63,299 nucleotides of DNA, taken from assembly GCA_905205975.1 (NCBI GenBank), contig CAJLFQ010000004.1:1-63299 (forward strand), read 5' to 3'. A program made the position numbers and the translations under genes. The stretch comes from an uncultured Eubacteriales bacterium (GTDB lineage Bacteria > Bacillota > Clostridia > Oscillospirales > QAMX01). The notes under the pieces were generated by a model, which saw only the letters and a program-made list of their open reading frames with translations, did no database searches and was not told where the DNA came from. How positions within the stretch are numbered: position 1 is the stretch's first letter; every line of letters begins with the position of its first letter. This document shows, piece by piece, positions 1 to 10,062 of the stretch.

Positions 1-1604
1 GTACAACGGAAATCAACCTGCAAGCCAAACCCAAAAAGAGAATTCTGGGCGTCAGCCCGGCGTTCTTCTGGGTGTGCATCACGGTGTTCGCACTGGTCAT
101 CCTGCTCGGCGCCGTCAGCTTCACCCTGATTCTGAAAAAGGTGAACGGCTACAACCGGATTTATCCCGGTGTTTCGGCGTTCAGCGTCGAGCTGGGCGGT
201 CTGACGGAGAGCGAAGCCGTTTCCGCGCTCAACGAATACAGCGAGAATTATTTCTCAGGCAGACAGCTCGTCGTGAAATGTCTGGACCAGAGCGTGACCA
301 TTCAGGCGCGCGACATCGTGACGGGCATTGACACCGCAGCGGTTGCACGTCAGGCATACGCTTATGGGCGGGATCGCTCCCTCTTCAAACGCTATGCCAT
401 GTTGAAGTCGAACGCCGCCTATGAACTGCCGGAGGCTGCGCTGGACAGCTATGACAAAGCCGCCGTCGATGCGGCGCTGGATTCGCTGGTCGCTTCCGTT
501 GAACGGACGTATAAAAGTTACAGCTACATCCTGACGGATACCGGTCTCACGATTACAAGAGGCAGCGACGGCGTCGAGGTGAACCGCGCCGCGCTGGGCG
601 ATGCAGTTCACGGCATGCTGGCAGCCGGGACATACGGCGAATATACCGTAGAGCCGAAAATAACCGAGGCGCAGGTGCCGGACTGGAACATCCTCCGCGA
701 GACGTTCTGCGTCCCCGCACAGGATGCCTACGTCGAAAAATCCGGTTCGCGCGGCTATAAGATCGTCGACGAGGTCATCGGCAAAGACGTCGATATCTAC
801 CAGATCGACGAGGATATGCAGAGCGACGAACCCTGGACCGAAAAGACATACCCCTTTGTGTATACGACGCCGCAGGTCACCAAAGAAATCCTGACGTCGC
901 TGCTTTTCCGCGATGTGCTGGGAGAAGCGGAATCCCCGTACAACAGCGCCGAAACCAACCGGACGACCAATCTGACGCTGGCGACGGAAAAGGTCAACGA
1001 CATCATCCTGCTGCCCGGCGAAGAGTTCTCCTTCAATAAAATCGTCGGGGAACGCACGGAGGCCCGCGGCTTCAAACCGGCCATCGTTTTCGCCGGCGGC
1101 GAAATGGTTGACGGCATCGGCGGCGGCATCTGCCAGGTCTCGTCCACGATTTACCTCGCGACGCTGCGCAGTGATCTGGAAGTCACGGAGCGCGCCGTGC
1201 ACGCGTATACCGTCGATTACGTCCCGCTCGGACAGGATGCCACCGTTCAGTGGGGCTATCTAGACTACAAATTCAAAAACAACACCGCATACCCCGTCCG
1301 TATTGCAGCCGAAATGAAAGACGGCAAGCTGACGGTCCGCTTGTTCGGCACAAAGACGGACGCCAAACGGCGCGTCGAGGTCGAAACTGTGACGACGCAT
1401 ACCTATCCCTATGCAACCGAGTATGTCTTTAACGAAGAGCTCGCCTACGGCACACAGCGTCAGATCCAGCGCGGGAAAGACGGGTATCAGTGCGAAACTT
1501 ATCAGCTGATCTATGACGGCGATACGCTGGTCGAACGCCGTCTTGCAAACAAGAGCTATTATAAGAGCCAAACGCAGACCATCGAGGCCAATCCAGCGCC
1601 GTAA
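1..1604 (+). CDS. VanW-domain protein with G5-like C-terminus (5' end cut by window edge)
   Basis: Frame is open from base 3 to TAA at 1602-1604. It has an N-terminal TM helix, the VanW core motif [14 protein letters not shown] and a G5-like C-terminal segment. Clear paralogue of 8309..9970. Confidence 0.8.
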   Translation, partial: TTEINLQAKPKKRILGVSPAFFWVCITVFALVILLGAVSFTLILKKVNGYNRIYPGVSAFSVELGGLTESEAVSALNEYSENYFSGRQLVVKCLDQSVTIQARDIVTGIDTAAVARQAYAYGRDRSLFKRYAMLKSNAAYELPEAALDSYDKAAVDAALDSLVASVERTYKSYSYILTDTGLTITRGSDGVEVNRAALGDAVHGMLAAGTYGEYTVEPKITEAQVPDWNILRETFCVPAQDAYVEKSGSRGYKIVDEVIGKDVDIYQIDEDMQSDEPWTEKTYPFVYTTPQVTKEILTSLLFRDVLGEAESPYNSAETNRTTNLTLATEKVNDIILLPGEEFSFNKIVGERTEARGFKPAIVFAGGEMVDGIGGGICQVSSTIYLATLRSDLEVTERAVHAYTVDYVPLGQDATVQWGYLDYKFKNNTAYPVRIAAEMKDGKLTVRLFGTKTDAKRRVEVETVTTHTYPYATEYVFNEELAYGTQRQIQRGKDGYQCETYQLIYDGDTLVERRLANKSYYKSQTQTIEANPAP

Positions 1605-1657
1605 CCAGTATGGGTGCGGCGATGCAAACAGAAATATACAAACGAAAGGACATGTTT

Positions 1658-3097
1658 ATGTCGCAGGAAAAAAAGATGGTTGAGCAGATCACGTCGATGG
1701 ACGTTGATTTTGCGCAATGGTACACGGATGTCGTTAAAAAAGCCGAGCTGGCCGATTATTCAGGCGTTAAGGGCTGCATGGTCATTCGACCGTACGGCTA
1801 TGCAATCTGGGAAAATATGCAGCACGACCTTGACCGCCGCTTCAAGGAGCTGGGGCATGAAAACGTCTACATGCCGATGTTTATCCCGGAAAGCCTGCTC
1901 CAGAAGGAAAAGGACCATGTAGAAGGCTTTGCGCCGGAAGTCGCATGGGTCACGCACGGCGGCCAGCAGGAGCTGGCAGAACGCCTCTGCGTCCGCCCGA
2001 CGTCGGAAGTGCTTTTCTGCGAACATTATAAAAACATCATCCATTCCTACCGCGACCTGCCGAAGCTCTACAACCAGTGGTGCAGCGTCGTCCGCTGGGA
2101 AAAGACGACGCGCCCCTTCCTGCGTACGTCTGAATTTTTGTGGCAGGAAGGCCATACCATGCATGAAACGGAAGACGAAGCGCGTGCAGAGACGCTGCGG
2201 ATGCTGAAATGCTATGAGGATTTCTACCGCGAAACGCTCGCCATCCCGGCCGTCACCGGCCGCAAAACCGAGAAGGAAAAGTTTGCCGGCGCCGTCGAAA
2301 CGTATACCATCGAACCGATGATGCACAACGGCGTCGCGCTTCAGGGCGGCACGTCGCACTACTTCGGCGACGGCTTTGCCAAAGCCTTTGACATCACCTT
2401 CTCCGACCGCAGCAATCAGCTGAAGCACCCGCACCAGACGTCGTGGGGCGTTTCAACCCGTATGATCGGCGCCGTCATCATGACGCACGGCGACGACAGC
2501 GGCCTGATTCTGCCGCCGGGCATTGCGCCGATTCAGGTCATGATCCTGCCGATCGCCTCGCACAAGCCGGGCGTCCTCGACAAGGCATACGAACTGCGCG
2601 ACCGTCTCCGCGCCTCGTTCCGCGTTTCCGTCGACGACAGCGACAACTCCGCCGGCTGGAAGTTCAGCCAGTGCGAGATGAAGGGCATCCCGCTCCGCCT
2701 CGAAATCGGCCCGCGCGACATCGAAAACAACGCCTGCGTCCTCGTCCGCCGCGACAACCGCGAAAAGATCACGGTTTCGCTCGACGCGCTCGAAACGGCC
2801 GTGGCAGACGCGCTGCAAGCCGTCCATGACGGTCTGTATCAGCGTGCGCTGGACAACCTCCATCAGAAAACGCACGACGCGCACAACCACGAAGAATTCC
2901 TGGATATCGCCAAGAACCAGCCGGGCTTCATCCGCGGTATGTGGTGCGGCGACGAAGCGTGCGAAAACCAGCTCAAGGAAGAAACGGGCGGCGTCAAGAG
3001 CCGCTGCATCCCGTTTGTCGGCGAGCCGATCGGCGACACCTGCGTCTGCTGCGGCAAACCGGCCAAACACCTGGTCGTCTGGGGCAGACAGTATTAA
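1658..3097 (+). CDS. proS: proline--tRNA ligase (archaeal/eukaryote-like class II type)
   Basis: [31 protein letters not shown]... is a typical ProRS N-terminus. AAAGGA SD lies 7 nt upstream of the ATG at 1658, so the ORF-track start at 1610 is an upstream extension. Confidence 0.93.
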   Translation: MSQEKKMVEQITSMDVDFAQWYTDVVKKAELADYSGVKGCMVIRPYGYAIWENMQHDLDRRFKELGHENVYMPMFIPESLLQKEKDHVEGFAPEVAWVTHGGQQELAERLCVRPTSEVLFCEHYKNIIHSYRDLPKLYNQWCSVVRWEKTTRPFLRTSEFLWQEGHTMHETEDEARAETLRMLKCYEDFYRETLAIPAVTGRKTEKEKFAGAVETYTIEPMMHNGVALQGGTSHYFGDGFAKAFDITFSDRSNQLKHPHQTSWGVSTRMIGAVIMTHGDDSGLILPPGIAPIQVMILPIASHKPGVLDKAYELRDRLRASFRVSVDDSDNSAGWKFSQCEMKGIPLRLEIGPRDIENNACVLVRRDNREKITVSLDALETAVADALQAVHDGLYQRALDNLHQKTHDAHNHEEFLDIAKNQPGFIRGMWCGDEACENQLKEETGGVKSRCIPFVGEPIGDTCVCCGKPAKHLVVWGRQY

Positions 3098-3103
3098 AAA
3101 CAC

Positions 3104-3146
3104 AAAAAAGAGCCTCTGCATGGAACCATGCAGAGGCTCTTTTTTG
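3104..3146. terminator. bidirectional rho-independent terminator between proS and the GDPD gene
   Basis: AGAGCCTCTGCATGG / CCATGCAGAGGCTCT inverted repeat flanked by an A-run upstream and a T-run downstream. Confidence 0.8.
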
Positions 3147-3177
3147 ACCGGTTCTGGCTGCAGCCGGAATGACCGGA

Positions 3178-3903
3178 TTATTCCAGAATGTTCGACGTGA
3201 TGTAGTCGACGCCGAGCGCCATGACACGTTCCGCGTCGGCGGGGGAGTCGACCGTCCAGACGTTGACTTCGACGCGGTGCTTGTGCATCGCATCGGCGGC
3301 TTCCGGGGTATACGCCCAGTGGCCGATGTCCAGACCGAACCGGTGCTCAGCCAGCCGTTTTGCCAGTGCTTCCGCATCGCCGGCATCACCGGTCAGAAAC
3401 TGAATGCGCTGATCCGGCGCATGCCGGCGGGCGTGCAGCAGGTTGTTCCAGTCGAAGGAAATGATAACCGTCTGCTCCGCGCAGCGCATATCGTTCAGAA
3501 CGCCAAGCACCTGCCGGACCGCTGCTTCCGACATGGCGTTTTTCAGCTCCAGCACGGCCGTTTTCTCGTATTTCCGGCAGATGGAGAGGTATTCTTCCAG
3601 CGTCGGCAGCACAAGATCGCCCCTGGAAGCAAGTCCATGATGATCTTTCAGGTGAATGGCGCGCAGCGCGTCAAACGTCGAACCTTCGACGGAGAGCGCC
3701 TCTTCGGAGACGCGCCCGGTCGAATCGTCGTGGATGATGATCAGCCGGCCGTCGGATGTCTGGTGGACATCCGTTTCAATGCCGAAATAGCTGCGGTTGC
3801 CGGCTGCCACAAAGGCCGCCGCCGTATTTTCGCACTCCAGCCCGCTGACGCCGCGGTGTGCAATCATCCGGACGCCCGGATGGTGAATTTTGATGGTGTC
3901 CAT
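3178..3903 (-). CDS. glycerophosphodiester phosphodiesterase family protein
   Basis: N-terminus MIAHRGVSGLECENTAAAFVAAG...GIETDVHQTSDGRLIIIHDD matches the GDPD (GlpQ/UgpQ) signature. GAGGA SD upstream. Confidence 0.85.
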   Translation of the reverse strand: MDTIKIHHPGVRMIAHRGVSGLECENTAAAFVAAGNRSYFGIETDVHQTSDGRLIIIHDDSTGRVSEEALSVEGSTFDALRAIHLKDHHGLASRGDLVLPTLEEYLSICRKYEKTAVLELKNAMSEAAVRQVLGVLNDMRCAEQTVIISFDWNNLLHARRHAPDQRIQFLTGDAGDAEALAKRLAEHRFGLDIGHWAYTPEAADAMHKHRVEVNVWTVDSPADAERVMALGVDYITSNILE

Positions 3904-3987
3904 AGATTCGTGTCCTCAGAAAATGGATTTACCCAGTTTGATGCGCCGTCAATCAAACGGCGGATTCAATCGATGAAAAAGCTTCGC

Positions 3988-4713
3988 CTAATCTTTCTGC
4001 CAAATGCGGACGGAATCAACGATGAACGTGCTGGTCATATCGGTGCTTTCCGGCGCTTTGCCCGGCAGCTCCAGCGAAACAATCAGCTCTTCCTCCTGCG
4101 AGGAAACGCCGTCGCCCCAGCTGGTCACGGCCTGCAGCTCGCCGTCTAAGAAGAAGCGGTATTCCGTTTCCGTCCATTCCAGCGCATAGGTGTGGAAGGC
4201 CGAATAGCCGTCCGAAACGACTCTGTGAACCGGCTGGAAGCTGTCCAGCCCGCCGGGCGCGGCTTTGCTGTCACGTTTCCCGGCGCAGTGGATGTTCGAC
4301 TCCATCAGCGCCTGACCGTTTTCATCGCAGAAGGCTTCGAGAATGTCGATTTCGGCACCGCCCGGACCGATGCCCCCGCGGGAGATTTCCGGGTCGTACG
4401 GGCTGGGACCCTGGAGCCAGAATGCGCTCCAGAAGCTGCCCTGCGTCGCGTCGGAGCAGATGCAGCGGATTTCAAAATAGCCGCGGCAGAAGCGTTTGTT
4501 GGCGCGGATCATGCCGCCGTACCAGCCGAGGCCGTATTCGCCGTCGCGGTAAGTCTGACGGATGACCAGATGGCCATTCTCAATTGAGACGGCGGACGGG
4601 GCGTTGAACCCGCAGCGGCGCGGGCCGTTGGCACGGTACGACCATTTGTCGAGGTCAAGTGAACCGCTGTCAAAGTTGTCTTCAAAAACGAGTTTGTATC
4701 CTTCGGGAACCAT
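3988..4713 (-). CDS. glycoside hydrolase family 16 (beta-glucanase/laminarinase-like), no signal peptide
   Basis: GH16 catalytic motif E-I-D-I-L-E (GGAEIDILEAF). Jelly-roll type N-terminus YKLVFEDNFD...LDKWSY. No N-terminal hydrophobic leader. Confidence 0.8.
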   Translation of the reverse strand: MVPEGYKLVFEDNFDSGSLDLDKWSYRANGPRRCGFNAPSAVSIENGHLVIRQTYRDGEYGLGWYGGMIRANKRFCRGYFEIRCICSDATQGSFWSAFWLQGPSPYDPEISRGGIGPGGAEIDILEAFCDENGQALMESNIHCAGKRDSKAAPGGLDSFQPVHRVVSDGYSAFHTYALEWTETEYRFFLDGELQAVTSWGDGVSSQEEELIVSLELPGKAPESTDMTSTFIVDSVRIWQKD

Positions 4714-4756
4714 TGATCACCAGATCCTTTCTGATTCAGACTTAATGCCTGCCGAC

Positions 4757-4785
4757 AGTATACCATACCTGCCGATGGATGTCAA
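4757..4785 (-). promoter_or_regulatory. sigma-A promoter for the GH16 gene
   Basis: Minus strand reads TTGACA-17 nt-TATACT, preceded by TATGg (TRTG extended -10). Confidence 0.55.
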
Positions 4786-4805
4786 GAAAAAAACAAAATC
4801 TTTCT

Positions 4806-4848
4806 GAAAAAAGCTGCCCCGTTCCGGCAGAGGCCGGAGCGGGGCAGC
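4806..4848 (-). terminator. rho-independent terminator after the GH38 gene
   Basis: Minus strand: GCTGCCCCGCTCCGG...CCGGAACGGGGCAGC hairpin followed by TTTTTT. Confidence 0.8.
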
Positions 4849-4854
4849 GCAGGG

Positions 4855-7800
4855 TCAGCGCAGGCGGAAGGTGCGGACTTCAAACGGCTTGACGGCGAAG
4901 GAGAAGCGGCCGTTTTCAACGGGGAGCTCCGTTTCATCCTCTTCCATCAGGTTGCATTCCGTGACGCGCGTCACCGGGAGATGCACGGTGATGCCGGCAT
5001 TGCCGCGGCGGGATTCGGATTCGTAGACGCGCAGGATGAGACCGTCGCCGTCCTGTGCGGGCTTCAGCGCATCGATGACGAGCGACGGGAAGTCGAACGA
5101 GACGAATGCGTCCGAAGCCGGGCGCACACCCTTGTGCGCCGAAGCGCGGACGGACAGAACCGGCTGGTTCAGCGACAGTGCCGCGCGGACGGTTCCGGCT
5201 TCCTGCCAGGTGCCTTCATGCGGGAAGTAGCTGTATGTGAAGGTGTGTTCGCCCGCGTCGCCTGCCTTATCCGGGCAGACCGGGGCGCGCAGCAGGGAGA
5301 TCGACATCGTCGATCCGTGAATGTCATGGCCGTATTTGCAGTCGTTCAGCAGCGAAACGCCGTAGCCGCCCTCGCTGAGGTCGACCCACTTGTGGGCGCA
5401 GACCTCGAATTTTGCGAGGTCAAACGACGTGTTCGAATGCGTCGGACGGCAGATGGCGCCGTGGGCGATCTCATACGCCGCGTAGCTCGATTTGCAGGCG
5501 ACGTCGAACGAGGCACGGAGAATCTTTTCGGCTTCGTGCCAGTCGACAAAGGTATGGAAGTCGAGGTGTTTGGCGCCCCGTTCCAGCGTGATTTCCTGCG
5601 TGATGCGGCTCTTGTGGAAGGTGCGCACGATGCGGAGCGTCGCACGGACGGCGTTCGACTCAACCACTTCGATCGAATCGGCTTTTTCCAGATGCCAGGA
5701 TTTTTTCACATAGTCGGCTTCCAGGTTCCATGCGCTTTCGTGGACCGGTTTGTCCTGATAAATGGTCAGGCGGTTGCCGGCGCCTTCCAGCGTCTCACGG
5801 TTGGCATCCTTGTCGAAGATGGAAACGATTTCGCCGTTGGCGTCGAATACGACGCGCAGCCGGTCGTTTTCCAGACGCGATGGATCGGCATAAACGGCGT
5901 CCGCAGTGCGGGCTGCATCGCTGACCAGACGGAACGCTCGGTAGCCCATCGCAGGGATCGGTTCATTCGGGCGGAAGGTGAGGAAGCGTTCGCCGCCGTC
6001 AAACGATTCCGTGCAGACGAGTCTGGTGCCGTCCATGGCGGCGACGAAGCCGTCGGACAGCCGTACGGTTACGGTATCGGATACCGGGTGCGCCAGCAGG
6101 TTGAAGCAGACGACGGCGTCTGCCGGCAGGTCGATCGTTTCGGCGATGGCGGAGAGCGCACGGTGCAGTACGCTTTGGCCGAGGCGGTGCATTTCCGCAT
6201 AGTCCAGACGGGTGTCTTCATATTGCTCGTGAATCGAGGTGCCGGGGAGGATGTCGTGGAACTGGTTGACCAGGAGCAGGTGCCATGCCTTCAGCAGGTC
6301 GCCGCCGAGAATGTCTTCCTTCGGCAGACCGGCAATCGACGCGGCCATTTCGGCGCGCGTCAGCAGGAATTCGCCGCGGCGGTTGTTCTGCTTGACAAAG
6401 CCGAGGCTTGTATAGGTGCCGCGGTGGTTTTCAAAATACATTTCGTCGTCCCAGACGGGCAGCTCGTCGTAAACGGCTTCCGCGGCATGGAAGAATTCGT
6501 CCGAATGGCCCATGCGGGATGCGGGGAGCCCCGGAATCTTCGAAAGACGCCGGGCGTTTTCAAGCATGCCGTAGGTTGCGCCGCCGCCGCCGTCGCCGTA
6601 GCCGAACATATTCATGACGGAATCCGTCACGCCTTTTTCCGTGTTCCCATTCCAGACGCCGGTCAGATGCGCGGCGTTGTATTCGCCGCCGTAACCGCCG
6701 CGCTGCAGATAGCTGAGCACTTCGCTGCCGTCTGTGCCGCGCCAGCGGAAAATGGTGTAGGGGAAGCGGTTCGTGTCGTTGCGGTCGATTTTGTGCGTGA
6801 CGAAATATTTCATGCCGCTGCGCCGGATGATCTGCGGGAGCGCCCAGGAAAAGCCGAAGCAGTCGGGCAGCCAGTAGATGTCGGAGGAGACGCCGAACTC
6901 TTTTTGGAAAAATTCATGCCCGTAGAGCAGCTGACGGATGAGCGCTTCGCCGCTGGCGACGTTCGTGTCGGCTTCGACCCATGCGTTGCCGACGATGTCC
7001 CATTGACCGTTGGCGACGTGTTCCCGGATGCGGTCGTAGACTTCCGGATAGACCTGCTTTGTTTTATCATAGAGGTAGGCCTGGCTCTGTGCAAAGACAA
7101 AGTCCGGGTAATGATCCATCAAGGCGACCGTATTGGAGAACGTCCTGGCGCATTTGCGCGTCGTCTCGCGGACGGTCCAGAGCCAGGCGACGTCGATGTG
7201 GCTGTGTCCGGTCATGATGACCTCGCCCTGCGGCTGATAGCGGATTTTGCCGATGCCGTCCCAGAGGATTTTTGCCGCTTCCGGCACGGAGGCGTAGAAC
7301 GTTTCGCGGTCAAAGTCGAAGTCCAGCCGGTGGAGCGAATCGTCCAGCGCCGCGTAGACCCGAGCGGAAATCGCCGGGTCTGCAAGCTGCGGGAGCGCAT
7401 CCCAGACGTTCTGCACGTCGCAGAGATAGCTTTCGGTCGCTTCATCGACGCAGATGAGGCGCGCGTTGGAGAGCGTGTAGGTGATGCTGGAACCGCCGCC
7501 GAACACAACCGCGTCGTAAAATGCGCCGGAGTTGATGGTTGATTCCAGCTCGATGTTCAGGATGCGGTCTTCCGGCAGGGGATCCGGCAGGAAAATCTTG
7601 TCGCGGTAGACCCAGCCGGAACGGTCAGAACTGGTGGCGCCGGCGATTTTTCCGTTGATGCGGACGATGGATTCGCCGCCAAAGTCAAATTCGAGATACA
7701 TCTTCCGGCCGACAAACGATTCCGGAATGACGCATTCCGCCGAAAACCAGACGGTTTCGTCGTAGCTGGATTCCCAGTGGTCGCCCAAAGAAAGCGTTTT

Positions 7801-7950
7801 CGGCGCATCCGGATAGCGGGTAAACTGCCCGTCGCCGATGTGACGCCCAGCAGCCGCAGACCACGTCGGAATCGTCACAGCGTCGGAGACGACAAACGGC
7901 GGAATCTGCTTGATCATGTGGTTCAATACTTCTTTTTTTCGTGTCTGCAT
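4855..7950 (-). CDS. alpha-mannosidase, glycoside hydrolase family 38
   Basis: 1031 aa with the GH38 N-domain signature TGHSHIDVAWLW and a long beta-rich C-terminal region. No signal peptide. Confidence 0.88.
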   Translation of the reverse strand: MQTRKKEVLNHMIKQIPPFVVSDAVTIPTWSAAAGRHIGDGQFTRYPDAPKTLSLGDHWESSYDETVWFSAECVIPESFVGRKMYLEFDFGGESIVRINGKIAGATSSDRSGWVYRDKIFLPDPLPEDRILNIELESTINSGAFYDAVVFGGGSSITYTLSNARLICVDEATESYLCDVQNVWDALPQLADPAISARVYAALDDSLHRLDFDFDRETFYASVPEAAKILWDGIGKIRYQPQGEVIMTGHSHIDVAWLWTVRETTRKCARTFSNTVALMDHYPDFVFAQSQAYLYDKTKQVYPEVYDRIREHVANGQWDIVGNAWVEADTNVASGEALIRQLLYGHEFFQKEFGVSSDIYWLPDCFGFSWALPQIIRRSGMKYFVTHKIDRNDTNRFPYTIFRWRGTDGSEVLSYLQRGGYGGEYNAAHLTGVWNGNTEKGVTDSVMNMFGYGDGGGGATYGMLENARRLSKIPGLPASRMGHSDEFFHAAEAVYDELPVWDDEMYFENHRGTYTSLGFVKQNNRRGEFLLTRAEMAASIAGLPKEDILGGDLLKAWHLLLVNQFHDILPGTSIHEQYEDTRLDYAEMHRLGQSVLHRALSAIAETIDLPADAVVCFNLLAHPVSDTVTVRLSDGFVAAMDGTRLVCTESFDGGERFLTFRPNEPIPAMGYRAFRLVSDAARTADAVYADPSRLENDRLRVVFDANGEIVSIFDKDANRETLEGAGNRLTIYQDKPVHESAWNLEADYVKKSWHLEKADSIEVVESNAVRATLRIVRTFHKSRITQEITLERGAKHLDFHTFVDWHEAEKILRASFDVACKSSYAAYEIAHGAICRPTHSNTSFDLAKFEVCAHKWVDLSEGGYGVSLLNDCKYGHDIHGSTMSISLLRAPVCPDKAGDAGEHTFTYSYFPHEGTWQEAGTVRAALSLNQPVLSVRASAHKGVRPASDAFVSFDFPSLVIDALKPAQDGDGLILRVYESESRRGNAGITVHLPVTRVTECNLMEEDETELPVENGRFSFAVKPFEVRTFRLR

Positions 7951-7966
7951 GGCAATTTGGTTCCTT

Positions 7967-8002
7967 TCATGCGGTGATCAAAATCATGCGGCGGTCAAAA
8001 TC
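7967..8002. repeat. 17-bp tandem direct repeat (2 copies plus a partial) in the GH38 leader
   Basis: TCATGCGGTGATCAAAA / TCATGCGGCGGTCAAAA / TC. It lies between the predicted promoter and the SD of the GH38 gene. Confidence 0.7.
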
Positions 8003-8054
8003 GCGCAGCTGCATCCGTATGCTGTCCCCGGATAGATGGAGACGATGCAGCTTT

Positions 8055-8083
8055 ATTATAGCATATTTCAGCGGCGCTGTCAG
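8055..8083 (-). promoter_or_regulatory. sigma-A promoter for the GH38 gene
   Basis: Minus strand CTGACA-17 nt-TATAAT with TATGc immediately upstream of the -10. Confidence 0.5.
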
Positions 8084-8175
8084 AAAACCGCGCGAAAAAA
8101 AGACGGAAAGCAGCCTGACGACGGCGCGCAAAACCACTGTTTCCAAAAATTATCCGGTTTGTAAGCGGACTGTAA

Positions 8176-8204
8176 TTGATTTTCCTGCGTCAGACTGCTA
8201 TAAT
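8176..8204 (+). promoter_or_regulatory. sigma-A promoter for the second VanW gene
   Basis: TTGATT-17 nt-TATAAT with TGc extended -10. Confidence 0.5.
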
Positions 8205-8308
8205 AAAGAGGTAAGATCCGGCGGCATCGATTGAAGTACAGCCGAACATCAACCGAAACCACCCGAAAAGTTTTGAAATCCGCGTCAAACGACAGATGGA
8301 GAAAGTAT

Positions 8309-9970
8309 ATGAGCAAAAGAAAATCCGCAACCCCGAAAATGACATTGATCGTCCTGCTGACCATTTCAGCCGTCTTGCTGCTGCTGCTCGGCATCTGGCT
8401 AGTCGGCGAACTGAAAGACACCTTCCGGGATGCCCCGGCCGTTACGACGCCGTCTCCGGACGTTTCGACGCCCTTTACCGGCAGCAGCGAAGTGGAAATG
8501 CTGATCGAAAGCTATGTCAAAGACATGCGCAAAGATCAAACCATGACGGTTTCGGCCGGCGGCGCTTCCGTCAAGCTGAGCCTCAACGAAGCCAACGCCC
8601 CCTTCGACTACGATGAGCTGACCGCCTATATGAAGAGCAAGGGCTACGAACTGTCGCTCATCAAGCAGTATAAATCGATCCAGAGCGTCAAATCAAATCC
8701 GAGCTGGATCATTAACGACGAATATATCATCAAGAAAATCGATGAACTGGCTGCCAGCATCGATAAAGGCTCCGACACGGAGTATGAGCTGACGGAAACG
8801 GGCGTCACCTTCCGCCGCGGCACCGAACATACCACCGTTGACAAAGACGCTGCGCTGAAAACGGTTCGCGAAGCGCTCGCCACCCAGCAGGACGCCGTGC
8901 AGCTGAACGTCATCACGCAGGCGCCGGAACTCCCGGATCTGGAAGAACTCTACGCCATCGTCCACTGCGAACCGGCCGACGCCTACTACGACGTCGACGC
9001 CGATAAGAACACCATCGTCGTCAAAGAAGTCATCGGCTACGACATCGACATTGACGAAATCCGCAAGGAGCTGGAAACGGGCACCTGGACAGAAAAAACG
9101 TTTGCCAAACGCGAAATCCGCCCGGAGGTCACAACCGAAACGCTCCCGAACAAATACTTCAAGGATCTGCTCGGCAAGGGCGTTTCCAATTACAACCCGG
9201 CTGAAAAGAACCGCACGGTCAACGTCGGCCTTGCGACGGCCGCCATCAACGAATCGATCGTGCTGCCCGGCCAGACGTTCTCCTTCAACCGCGTCGTCGG
9301 CGAGCGCACCGCCGACAAGGGCTATAAACCGGCGACCGTTTTCCAGAACGGCGGTATGCAGGAAGGCCTCGGCGGCGGGATCTGCCAAGTCAGCTCCACG
9401 CTGTATGTGGCGTCGCTGTACGCTGAAATGGATCAGATTTCCCGCTATGTCCATGCATACAAAGTCTCCTACGTCGATCTCGGCATGGATGCGACGCTGT
9501 ACTACGGCTCGCTGGACTATGTTTTCCGCAACAACACCGACGAACCGATCAAGATCGTCGCCAAAGCCAACGGCGGCACGCTGACCGTTTCCATCTACGG
9601 CAAGGAAACGCGCCCTGCCAACCGCAAGATCAAGTTCAAGTCTGTCGTGCTGGAAACGTACGAACAGGTCATGAAATACGAAGAAGATCCGACCATGGCA
9701 CCGGGCACGGAGAAGAAAATCCGCAACGGCATGCCGGGCTATAAAGTCGAACTGTACAAACAGATCTATGTGGACGGCGTCCTGCAAAAGGAAGTCAAAG
9801 TCAACACCAGCAAATACAGTGCCTACAACGGTCTGACAAAAGTCGGCCCGAAGCCGGTCGAAACCGACCCGCCGGTCACAGACCCGGTGACCGAGCCGCC
9901 GGTGACTGAACCACCGGCCCCGACGGAACCGCCCATTGAAACAGACGATCCCAACGCACCGGGCATCTGA
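8309..9970 (+). CDS. VanW-domain protein with G5-like domain and Pro/Thr-rich tail
   Basis: ATG at 8309 is preceded by a GGAGAAAG SD. It has a TM anchor, the motif [14 protein letters not shown], a G5-like segment and the C-terminal low-complexity tail PPVTDPVTEPPVTEPPAPTEPP. The ORF-track TTG start at 8231 is an extension. Confidence 0.85.
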   Translation: MSKRKSATPKMTLIVLLTISAVLLLLLGIWLVGELKDTFRDAPAVTTPSPDVSTPFTGSSEVEMLIESYVKDMRKDQTMTVSAGGASVKLSLNEANAPFDYDELTAYMKSKGYELSLIKQYKSIQSVKSNPSWIINDEYIIKKIDELAASIDKGSDTEYELTETGVTFRRGTEHTTVDKDAALKTVREALATQQDAVQLNVITQAPELPDLEELYAIVHCEPADAYYDVDADKNTIVVKEVIGYDIDIDEIRKELETGTWTEKTFAKREIRPEVTTETLPNKYFKDLLGKGVSNYNPAEKNRTVNVGLATAAINESIVLPGQTFSFNRVVGERTADKGYKPATVFQNGGMQEGLGGGICQVSSTLYVASLYAEMDQISRYVHAYKVSYVDLGMDATLYYGSLDYVFRNNTDEPIKIVAKANGGTLTVSIYGKETRPANRKIKFKSVVLETYEQVMKYEEDPTMAPGTEKKIRNGMPGYKVELYKQIYVDGVLQKEVKVNTSKYSAYNGLTKVGPKPVETDPPVTDPVTEPPVTEPPAPTEPPIETDDPNAPGI

Positions 9971-9981
9971 TTCAAAACTTC

Positions 9982-10026
9982 AAACGCCCGCCCGGCTTCC
10001 GCCGGACGGGCGTTTGCGCTTTCTGC
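9982..10026 (+). terminator. rho-independent terminator after VanW paralogue 2
   Basis: AAACGCCCG...CGGGCGTTT hairpin followed by a T-rich tail (GCGCTTTCTG). Confidence 0.6.
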
Positions 10027-10062
10027 GCATATGCACAGCCAAAAAGAACGGAGAATACATTC

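Noticed and set aside
1605-1657. T-box leaders upstream of proS (and of hisS at 55814..55872)
   Set aside because: The intergenic spaces are only about 50-60 nt, far too short for a T-box riboswitch of about 200 nt. No specifier or T-box sequence was seen.
4981-7542. 853-aa ORF on the plus strand across the GH38 locus
   Set aside because: It is entirely antisense to a gene with clear GH38 motifs. Its translation is Arg/Ala/Gly/Val-rich low-information sequence, typical of stop-poor antisense frames in GC3-biased genomes. It has no SD or promoter.
9840-9960. Nucleotide-level repeats (ccgccggtcac/ccgccggtgac...) near the end of the second VanW gene
   Set aside because: They encode a Pro/Thr-rich low-complexity linker within a continuous ORF. 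There is no spacer/repeat organisation, so this is not a CRISPR or regulatory array.
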